From NCBI GenBank assembly GCA_030390025.1, contig JASTWF010000355.1:310001-374000 (forward strand): a DNA stretch of 64,000 bases, read 5' to 3'. The stretch comes from Squalus acanthias. Taxonomy: Eukaryota. Both the position numbers and the translations under genes were made by a program. Position 1 is the stretch's first letter, and each line of letters opens with the position of its first letter. Below, piece by piece: positions 53,941 to 64,000 of the stretch. The notes under the pieces were generated by a model, which was not told the DNA's origin, did not search any database, and saw only the letters and a list, made by a program, of their open reading frames with translations.

Positions 53941-54107
53941 GCTGGGTGGTGTCGGTCTTACAGATTCTTGTGCCGAGGATCTCGCCTCCGCTCTCAGTAC
54001 AATCCGCTCACTGACGGATCTGACCTGGTATCAAACTCCTTCACAGACCGATCTGTCCCCGCTCTCCGCCGCCTCATACTGACCTGCCGGAGTCTGGAGC
54101 GGATCGA
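53941..54107 (+). CDS. NLR coding exon 10 (LRR), 167 nt, 1-nt deletion near 54022
   Basis: [27 protein letters not shown], then LRR continues in another frame (DLVSNSFTDRSVPALRRLILTCRSLERI); donor GA|GTGAGT. Confidence 0.88.
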
Positions 54108-54275
54108 GTGAGTGTTTGTGTTAATGTTTAATGTAATAAATAAAATTCAATGGGATTCAGTCACTGTGGGTAATAATTGTCTGTAATTATTATTGAAATA
54201 TTTTCCCCAGTCTCGCGGTTATTTACACTGATGTTCAATCTGTTTATTTCCTGTTTAATCTTTAATCTGTTTCAG

Positions 54276-54351
54276 GCTGAGATGGAATGAGTTCAGTTCA
54301 TCCGGAGAGAAACAGCTGGAGTTACTGCGGGGAACAAGACCCGGATTGTAG
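54276..54351 (+). CDS. NLR terminal coding exon 11
   Basis: TCTGTTTCAG acceptor; (E)LRWNEFSSSGEKQLELLRGTRPGL*; reached in frame only if exon 10 is corrected or skipped. Confidence 0.8.
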
Positions 54352-54509
54352 GTGGGCGTTGACAGTTATTGTCCGATTTTTGAATGTGATTGAATTTAAC
54401 GTTTTCCCGCTCGAGCTGCCCGCGTCATCACCCATTGTGATGTCAGAGGGGCAGCCACAGGGTCACGTGACTCAGCCGCTGCCAGGCTGCAGCCCTTTCA
54501 AAACAGCTG

Positions 54510-54895
54510 TGAGAGTGAGAGTTTTTGCAAATTGCAGAGTCTGTCTGAGTGTGAGTGAGAGCGTGTTTCTGCAAATTGCAGAGTCTGTATGAGTGTGTCT
54601 GTATGTGTGTGAGTGTGAGTTTCTGCAAATTGCAGTGTCTGTCTGAGTGTGTCTGTATGTGCGTGAGTGAGTTTCTGCAAATTGCAGAGTCTGTCTGAGT
54701 GTGTCTGTATGTGTGTGAGTGAGTTTCTGCAAATTGCAGAGTCTGTCTGAGTGTGTCTGTATGTGTGTGAGTGTGAGTTTCTGCAAATTGCAGAGTCTGC
54801 CTGAGTGTGTCTGTATGTGTGAGAGCGTGAGTTTCTGCAAATTGCAGAGTCTGTCTGAATGTGAGTTTCTGCAAATTGCAGAATCTGTCTGTATG
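54510..54895. repeat. Minisatellite, ~52-56 bp unit, ~7 copies, in probable 3' UTR
   Basis: GTTTCTGCAAATTGCAGAGTCTGTCTGAGTGTGTCTGTATGTGTGTGAGTGA. Confidence 0.92.
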
Positions 54896-56633
54896 TCATT
54901 TTGGTTTTAATCTTCCAACTCGGTAGTCGTCCCTCTGCAGGCTGGCCAGGCTGTGAGTTTGTGTGTGACAAGGCAGGCTGGCAGGCAGTGAGAGAAATCA
55001 AGACAACCTGCGGAATAAAACACTGAAAACTGTCTGTTTGCTTTAAAACTCCCAAACAGAGCAGAGCTATGAAAGAAATCAACTTTCTTTCATTGCTGAC
55101 AGTGATTTGTGGCGATTTTGCAGGCTGGCTATGTGTGAGTGTGTGAGTGTGTGACAGAGAGAGAGACAGACAGCAAAAGCTGGTGTGTATGCAGTGCTTG
55201 TCTGTGTTCAAGTTATCTGCCGTGTATATTGGTACTGCATCTCATGTCTGAAAAAAACGGAAAGTATATACCATTAGATCATACTGATTTAATTCCAGAC
55301 CACGCTGTGGTGGGATCTTTCTTTGCCCTTCATTCAAGAATTTTGTAAAAAATCAAATCTACATATACACATGAAGCCATTTAATATTTTTCTGGACTGG
55401 ACTTTATTGGCGAATGTTTGTGAAGTATTTCATGGCACATCCTGCTGTGGGATCTTATTCTCCCCATCAGCCCAACCCAAACAAGATAAGACATTTGTTA
55501 CAAATAAGTATATATTATATTTTTTTTAATTATTTTCAGAATAATCCATTTGATTTTTTTCTGGACTGGGCTTTATTGGGGAATGTGCTTGGGATGTTTT
55601 CAGAGCAAAAGCTGCAGTGCGATCTTTCCATTCACTTTATTATACTCCAGGCAAAACACAGACAGGCAGACATTTAATTAACAGAAGTAAAGTATATATA
55701 TTATTATTTATTCCTGATTGTATTTACTTCTTTTCTACCTCCCGGGCTTTCATTTCCTTTCGGGGACCCGGATTTCTTGGGCCTCGGCTTCACATCTTCC
55801 TGTTTGATTGTCCTCGTCAAACATAGACGCACAGCCAGGAAGGGACATCATCAAAAATAGACACTCCCAGGCTGGACCCCTTTCAAAACGGATCTGTGTG
55901 TGTGAGGGTGAGTTTCTGCAAATTGCACTGTCTGTGTGTGTCTCTGTATGTGAGTGGGTGTCTGTGTTTCTGTAAATTGCAGAGTGTGTGAGTGTGTCTA
56001 TGTGCGTGGGTGTCTGTGTGTCTGCAAATTGCATAGTCTGTGTGAGTGTGTGTGTCATGTTACTGTAAATTTTATTTCAATGTGGGTGGGAGGGAGACTG
56101 TGTGAGTGGCAGACAGACAGAGAGTCACTGAGAGGGAGAGAGACATGAAAGCAAAAGGCAAGTAGCAGAATAGAAAGCCTGTTTCTGTAGGCCACAAAGT
56201 GAAATGATAAGATACTGAAAAGTGTCTTTTTGGTTTTAATCTTCCAACACGGCAGTCATCCCTCTGCAGGCTGGCCAGGCTGTGAAAGAGTGTGTGTGAG
56301 AGAGAGAGGACAAAAGCTGGTGTTTGTGTGAGATGTGGTCTGCTGTCTCATTACCTGCTGTTTTTGTATTAAACGCTATTGATTTCATGCTGTCCTGGTC
56401 CACATGTAATGCTGTTGTGTATCACTTAATTGCACTTTATTTCATTTCACTTTATTTCAAGACAGACAGTCAGTCAGTCAGATACTGAAAATGTCATTGT
56501 GGACTGTCTGACAATAAAAGCTGCTCTGGGATTTTTGCATTCTTTTTATTCCACTCTACTCAAATCAACACAAGGCTGGCAGGCAAGCTGGCAGTGAGAG
56601 AGACACATGAAATCAAGACAACATGCAGAATAG

Positions 56634-56882
56634 AAATAAAAACAGAAAATGCTGGAAATACTAAGTATGTTAGGCAGCATCAGTGGAGATACAGAGAAAC
56701 AGAGTAAATGTTTCAGCTCGATGATCTTTCATCAGAACCTTTCCAGATCTGACAAAAGGTAATCGAGCTGAAACATTAACTCTGTTTCTCTCTCTCTCCA
56801 CAGATGCTGCCTTACCTGCTGAGTATTTCCCAAACTTTCTGTTTTTATTTCAGATTTTCCACTTCCACAGGATTTGCTTTTG
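56634..56882. mobile_element. Miniature PLE family B fold-back insertion with TSD
   Basis: Arms ~56633-56738 and ~56746-56850 inverted; tail to 56882; ATGCAGAATAG at 56623-56633 and 56883-56893. Confidence 0.82.
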
Positions 56883-58494
56883 ATGCAGAATAGGAAGCCT
56901 GTTTCTGTAGGCCGCAAACTGAAAAGATAAAATACTGAAAACTGTCTGTTTGCTTTTAAACTGCCAAACAGAGCAGGGCAATGATAGAAATCAAATTTCT
57001 TTCATTGCTGACAGTAATTTGTGGCAATTTTGCAGGCTGGCCTGTGTGTGTGTGCGTGTGAGAGTGTGTGAGAGAGAGAGACAGACAGACAGCAAAAGCT
57101 GGTGTGTATGCAGGGCTTGTCTGTGTTCAAGTTATCTGCCATGTGCATTGTTATTGCAGCTCATGTCTGAAAACAACAGAAAGTATATACCATTAGATCA
57201 TATTGATTTAATTACAGACTGCAGCGTTGTGGGATCTTACTATCCTTTCTTACAAGATTTTGTAAAAAGCAAATCTGCATATATACATCAAGCCATTTAA
57301 TATTTTACTGGACTGGACTTTATAGGGGAATGTTTGTGAAGTGTTTCATGGCACATCCTGCTGTGGGATCTTACTCGCCCCTTCAGCCTAACTCAAACAA
57401 GACAATAAATTTGTTAAAGAAAAAGTTTATATTATATTTTATTAATGATTTTCAGAATAAACCATTTCATTTTTTTCTGGACTGGGCTTTATTGGGGAAT
57501 GTGCTTGGGATGTTTTCACAGCAAAAGCTGCTGTGCGATCTTTCCATTCATTTTATTAAACTCCAGGCAAACCACAGACAGGCAGACATTTAGTGAACAG
57601 AAGTAAAGTATATATATTATTATTTATTCCTGATTGTATTTACTTCTTTTCTACCTCCCGGGCTTTCATTTCCTCTCGGGGACCCGGATTTCTGGGGCCT
57701 CGGCTTCACTTCTTCCTGTTTGATTGTCCTCGTCAAACATGGCTGCACAGCCAGGAAGGGACATCCTCAAAAATAGACACTCCCAGGCTGCACATTTTTC
57801 AAAATAATTGCGTGAGTGGGAGTTTCTGCAAATTGCAGAGTCTGTGTGAGTGTGTATGTATGTGCGTGGGTGTATGTGTGTCTGCCAATTGCAGAGGCTG
57901 TGTGAGTGTGTGAGTGATGTTGCTGTAAATTTTAGTTCAATGTGGGTGGGTGGCTGTCTGTGTGAGTGGCAGACAGACAGGCAGACAGTGAGAGCGAGAG
58001 ACATGAAATCAAAAGGCAAGTAGCAGAATAGAAAGCCTGTTTCTGTAGGCCACAAAGTGAAATGATAAGATACGGAAAAGTGTCTTTTTGGTGTTAATCA
58101 TCCAACACGGCAGTCATCCCTCTGCAGGCTGGCCAGGCTGTGAGTGTCTGTGTGAGAGAGAGAGAGAGGGCAAAAGCTGCTGTTTGTGCGAGATGTGATC
58201 TGCTGTCTTATTATCTGCTGTTGTTGTATTAAACCCTATTGATTTCATTCTGGCCTGATCCACATGTGTTGCTGTTGTGTATCACTTCATTGCACTTTAT
58301 TTCATTTCACTTCACCTCAAGTCAGACAGTCAGTCAGTGAGATACTGAAAAATGTCTTTGTGTACTGTCTGACAATAAAAGCTGCTCTGGGATTTTTGCA
58401 TTCTTTTTATTCCACATTACTCAAATCAAGACAAGGCAGGCAGGCTGGCCAGCAGTGAGAGAGACACATGAAATCAAGACAACATGCAGAATAG

Positions 58495-58744
58495 AAATAA
58501 AAACAGAAAATGCTGGAAATACTCAATAGATTAGGCAGCATCAGTGGAGATACAGATAAACAGAGTAAATGTTTCAGCTCGATGACCTTTCGTCTGAACC
58601 TTTCCAGAATATGACAAAAGGTTATCGAGCTGAAACATTAACTCTGTTTCTCTCTCTCTCCACAGATGCTGCCTTACCTGCTGAGTATGTCCAGTATTTT
58701 CTGTATTTATTTCAGATTTCCCACATCCACAGCATTTGCATTTG
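58495..58744. mobile_element. Duplicated copy of the miniature PLE fold-back insertion
   Basis: Same structure; ATGYAGAATAGAAA at 58484-58497 and 58745-58758. Confidence 0.82.
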
Positions 58745-59008
58745 ATGTAGAATAGAAAGCCTGTTTCTGTAGGCCGCAAACTGAAAAGATAAAATACTGA
58801 AAACTGTCTGTTTGTGCTGCTTTGTTTAGCAGTTTAAAATCAATGATAGCAATCCAATTTCTTTCATTGGTGACAGTAATTAGTGGCAATTTTAAGGCTG
58901 GCCTGTGTGTGTGTGTGAGCGAGAGAGAGAGATAGACAGAGAGCAAAAGCTGGTGTGCATGCAGGGCTTGTCTGTATTCAAGTTACCTGCCTTGTGCATT
59001 GGAACAAC

Positions 59009-61887
59009 AACTAATACAGACCCTCAAACTAATAGAGTACCTCAAACTAGTACAGTACCTCAAACTAATACAGTACCACAAACTAATACAGCACCTCAAA
59101 CTAATGCAGTACCTCAAACTAATACAGCCCCTCAAACTAATACAGTACTTCAAACTAATACATTACCTCAAACTAATACAGCCTCTCAAACTAATACAGT
59201 ACCTCAAACTAATACAGGCCAAAAAACTTATACAGTACGTCAAACTAATACAGTACCTCAAACTAATACAGCCATTCAAATTAATACAGCCCCTCAAACT
59301 AATGCAGACCCTCAAGCTAATACAGTACCTCAACCTTATACAGCCCCTCTTCTAATACAGTACCTCAAACTAATACAGTACCTCAAACTAATACAGCCCC
59401 TCAAACTAATACAGTACCTCAAACTAATACATTACCTCAAACTAATACAATCCCTCAAACTAATACAGACCCTCAAACTAATACAGCACCTCAAACTTAT
59501 ACAGCTCCACAAACTAATACAGATCCTCAAACTAATACAGTACCTCAAACTAATACCGACACTCAAACTAATACAGTACATCAAACTAATACATTACCTC
59601 AAACTAATATAGCTCCTCAAACTAATACAGTCCCTCAAACTAATACAGTCCCCTCAAACTAATACAGACCCTCAAACTAATACAGCACCTCAAACGAATA
59701 CAGCTCCTCAAACTAATACAGATCCTCAAACTAATACAGTACCTCAAACTAATACCGACCCTCAAACTAATACAACCCCTAAAACTTATACAGTACCTCA
59801 AACTAATACAGTACCTGAAACTAATACAGCTCCTCAAACTAATACAGCCCCTCAAACTAATACAGCCCCTCAACCTAATACAATACCTGAAATTTGCACA
59901 GCCCCTCAAACTAATACAACCACTCAAAATAATGCAGCCCCTCAAACGAATACAGCCCCCAAACTAATACAGCCCCTCAAACTAATACAGACCCTCAAAC
60001 TAATACAGCTCCTCAAACTAACACAGCCCCTGAAACTAATACAGTCCCTCAAACTAATACAACCCCTCAAACTATTACAGACCCTCAAACTAATACAGCT
60101 TCTGAAACTAATAAAGTACCTCAATCTAATACAGCCCCTCAAACTAATACAGACCATCAAATTAATACAGTAACTCAATCTAAGACAGCCGCTCAAAATA
60201 ATACAATACATGAACCTAATACAGACCCTCAAACAAATCCAGCTCCTCAAACTAATTCAGCTCTTCAAACTAATTCAGCCCCTCAAACTAATACAGCCCC
60301 TCCAACTAATACAGCCCCTCCAACTAATACAGCACCTCAAACTAATACAGTAACTGAAACTTATACAGTACCTCAAACTAATAGAGGACGTCAAACTAAT
60401 ACAGACCCTCAAACTAATACAGCCCCTCAAACTAATACAGCCTCTCAAACTAATACAGTCCCTCAAACTAATACAGTCTCCCAAACTAATACAGACCCAC
60501 AAACTAATACAGTACCTCAAACTAATACATTACCTCAAACTAATACAGCCCCTCAAACTGATAGAGTATCTCAAACTAATACAGCCCCTTAAACTAATAC
60601 AGTACCTCAAAATAATATAGCCCCTCAAACTAATACAGCTCCTCAAACTAATACAGATCCTCAAACTAATACAGTACCTCAAACTAATACCGACACTCAA
60701 ACTAATACAACCCCTAAAACTTATACATTACCTCAAACTAATACAGTACCTGAAACTAATACAGCTCCTCAAACTAATACAGCCCCTCAAACTAATACAG
60801 CCCCTCAACTTAATACAATACCTGAAATTTGCACAGTCCCTCAAACTAATACAACCCCTCAAAATAATGCAGCCCCTCAAACTAATACAGCCCCCAAACT
60901 AATACAGCCCCTCAGACTAATACAGACCCTCAAACTAAAACAGCTCCTCAAACTAATACAGCTCCTGAAACTAATACAGTCCCTCAAACTAATACAACCC
61001 CTCAAACTATTACAGACCCTTAAACTAATACAGCTTCTGAAACTAATACAGTACCTCAATCTAATACAGCCCCTCAAACTAATACAGACCATCAAATTAA
61101 TACAGTAACTCAATCTAAGACAGCCGCTCAAACTAATACAATACATGAACCTAATACAGACCCTCAAACAAATCCAGCTCCTCAAACTAATTCAGCTCTT
61201 CAAACTAATACAGCCCCTCAAACTAATACAGCCCCTCCAACTAATACAGCCCCTCAAACTAATACAGCACCTCAAACTAATACAGTACCTCAAACTAATA
61301 CAGTAACTGAAACTAATACAGTACCTCAAACTAATAGAGGACGTCAAACTAATACAGACCCTCAATCTAATACAGCCTCTCAAACTAATACTGCCCCTCA
61401 AACTAATACAGTAACTCAAAATAATATAGCCCCTCAAACGAATACAGCCCCTCAAACTAATACAGCCCCTCAAACTAATACAGACCCTCAAATTAATACA
61501 GTCTCCCAAACTAATACAGACCCACAAACTAATACAGTACCTCAAACTGATACAGCCCCTCAAACTAATACAGCCCCTCAAACTAATACAGCACCTCAAA
61601 CTAATACAGCCCTCAAACTGATACAGCCCCTTAATCTAATACAGCCCCTCAAACTAATACAGACCCTCAAACAAATGCAGTCCCTCAAATTAATACAGCC
61701 ACTCAAAGTAATACAGACCCTCAAACTAATACAGCCCCTCAAACTAATGCAGACCTTCAAACTAATACAGTCCCTCAAACTAATACAGCCCCTCAAACTA
61801 ATACAGTATCTCAAACTAATACAGTCTCTCAAACTAATACAGTACCTCAAACTAATACAGTCCCTCAAACTAATACAGTCTCTCAAA
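59009..61887. repeat. 18-bp minisatellite, ~160 copies, with ~935-bp higher-order duplication
   Basis: CCTCAAACTAATACAG(TA/CC/AC); rare variants recur 935 bp apart. Confidence 0.97.
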
Positions 61888-62918
61888 GAAGCGTCAGCCT
61901 TTGCCCTTGTCCAAGAGGTATGATGTTCTTGCTGACTGTGAGGAAGAGGGAAAAGCCTGCAGGATGGATCAGCAAGCTGACAAAAGCACCATGGTGCAGG
62001 AGGCCATTCAAGTTTGGGGAGTCAAAGGGAATGCAAATGGTATAGTCAGGGAGATAGAAACTGTTCTGAAGGTTGTGCTGTCTGCACTGTGTCCGTGTTC
62101 AAGACATCTCTTCATGGCTTGAAGAGAACTAGGAGTGGGAGGGGAGGATCCAATTTTCGTGGTCCATGTTGGAACCAACAACAAAGGTAATACGAGGAAG
62201 GAGGTTCTGCTGAGAGAGTTTGAGGAGCTAGGATCCAAATTGAAAAGCAGAACCTCAAAGGCAATAATCACTTGATTGTAACCTGAGCCACGCACAAATT
62301 GGCATAGGGACAAACAGATTAGAGGTTTAGATGCTTGGCTCCAAGACTGGTGGGGGGGGAAGAGGTTTCAGTTCATGGAGCACTGGCACCAATACTGGAG
62401 AAAGAGCGATCTGTTCCTTTGGGAAGGGCTCCACTTACCCTGTGCTCGGACCAGTGTCCTGGCGAATCGAATATCGAGGGCAGTAGACATGGCTTGAAAC
62501 AAATGATTGTGGGGGCGGGTTGTGGGAGGATTCAGGAAAGAGTAAATGTAAAGGCAGCGAGAGAAATGATAAGGCTCCAGAACAGATTGGAGTTTTGGGT
62601 AAAATGAAGCAGAGTGCGTCAGGAAGGGACAGAGAGAGCAACAAAGGTAACAAAGCATCAGTGAAAATGGAAATAAGTCAAAGCTAAAGGCATTATATCT
62701 GAAAGTGTGAAGCATTCGCAACAAAATAAATTAATTAATAGTGCAGATAGAAATGAATAGGTTGAAGCTAATAGCCATTACGGAGATGTGGTTGCAATGT
62801 GACCAAGGTTGGGAACTAAATATTACATGATACTTAACTTTTCGTAGAGAGAACAAAAATGGAAAAGCAGGGGGTGTAGCCCTCATAATAAAGGATGGGA
62901 TAAAGACAGTAGAGAGAA
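61888..62918 (+). mobile_element. CR1 fragment (ORF1 esterase and APE start)
   Basis: VVHVGTN; IAITEMWLQ..; GGVALIIKDGI remnants. Confidence 0.82.
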
Positions 62919-64000
62919 GGGGAAGGTGGGGCGGGGGTAAAATTCGGTTAGGCCCCATTTCGGGGCTGCAACCGAATTATCACCAGTGATATAGCAGCCG
63001 GCGCCGAAGTACCGCCCCGGCTGCTAAATTAGGCTCATCACCCCGGCGAGGAAGCGAAGTGCTATCTCGGACTCTCCACTTCCTCTGAGGTAAAGTCGGG
63101 GGCGCAAAGCTGAAGCGTTTCAGCGGCTCTCCCCTTTTTTAAAGGGGAGGGATGCTGTGTGTTCTTCAGGGGCTCGGATGGTCCTGCGTGGTGCCTTGGC
63201 TGCAGCCTGGCACCGAGATGCATCACGCCAAGGGATGCCACGGAGCTCCGAACTGGGTGTCGCAAAAAAAATAGAATGGCGGCGCTGCTCGCGGGCGCAC
63301 CTCCCTTTAAATTGCGCCCCGCGAGCAGAGCGCGGGCCGGCTCCGGATCCGCGAGGCTGGCGCTGACACCGCCAGCCGCAGCTTGCCGACCCACAGCCGC
63401 ATTTCTGTCACAGGGTGGTAAGGGGTCTCGGCACACGTCGATGACGTCATCACCGGCAGCACTGCGCCACCGGGCACTACCTGTGGGGTCGCAGTGCTAA
63501 CGGCTAGCGCCTCAGTAGCGCCCCGCCGAATTTTTCTGGAGGCTCTATTAACGCCCTGACCGGGCGTTAAGCCCTTTGCGCCCCTTTCGTGGCAACTGAA
63601 GGCGCTAACGTCAGGCGCAAGGGAGCCGAATTGCGCGGCATTGAAAGGAACTTAGGTGGAGAAATTCAGTATCGCCCCATTTGGGGCGCAATTATCGCCG
63701 GGCGCAAAGATTGGCGCCTGGCGCTAATTACGGCCACCGACTGCAAACTTGACTTGTATCGCCCCTGGAGGGGATTGGAGCGCTAAATCAGGTGCTTTGC
63801 AACTGTCTTAAGGCGCAAAGCCGAGGAGCGTGGCTCTACCACAGAGCGCTGGCGAAGCTCATGTAATGTCAGTCAGCAATGGAACACACACACAATGCCT
63901 CGGGCCAGTTCTTAAAGGCGATGGTTAATCTTGCTTTCCATCCACATCCTGCTCATTGCAGCCTTGAATCTCGGCCTGGAGAGACCGACACATCAAATCT
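62919..64000. other. CpG-rich non-coding segment, probably an interspersed repeat that truncates the CR1
   Basis: Abrupt switch to high GC/CpG in mid-APE; internal similar motifs at ~62935 and ~63656. Confidence 0.4.

Larger units (their letters stand above)
55020..59000. repeat. Tandem segmental duplication, ~1.9-kb unit (two full copies plus start of a third)
   Basis: ACTGAAAACTGTCTGTTTG at ~55022, ~56934, ~58795; paralogous ORFs 55414/57330 and 56732/58531. Confidence 0.9.

Noticed and set aside
13085..54351. Assigning NLRP3, NLRC3 or NOD1 as gene symbol
   Set aside because: Architecture fits a lineage-expanded NLR; orthology cannot be established without a phylogeny
55014..55019. AATAAA as NLR poly(A) signal
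   Set aside because: Plausible but lies in duplicated sequence and cannot be supported without transcript data
54443..55211. His/Thr-rich minus-strand ORFs
   Set aside because: Translations of a TG-rich minisatellite
58905..59612. Mucin-like PQTNTV-repeat ORF
   Set aside because: 18-bp satellite with frame-breaking indels downstream and no gene structure

Overview
Eukaryotic, repeat-dense vertebrate DNA. The CR1/L2 LINE and Penelope-like (PLE) content and the NLR type suggest a cartilaginous fish (shark-like); this is inference. One host gene can be rebuilt by hand: an 11-coding-exon, + strand NLR innate immune receptor (death-fold/CARD-like N-terminus, FISNA-like+NACHT exon, RI-type LRR exons) from ATG 13085 to about 54351. 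All GT-AG junctions are in compatible phase, but a 1-nt deletion in the penultimate exon gives a stop at 54080-54082. Its LRR exons sit in homogenised ~312-bp exon+intron units whose differences cluster at exposed LRR positions. The rest is nested, decayed CR1 and other LINEs, six minisatellites, two local duplications and two PLE families carrying minimal hammerhead ribozyme motifs. Three independent PLE insertions share a fold-back architecture (inverted copy + 32-38 nt unpaired tail + TSD); one is a spacer-less ~1.95-kb palindrome inside NLR intron 4. LINE boundaries are approximate, read by eye.
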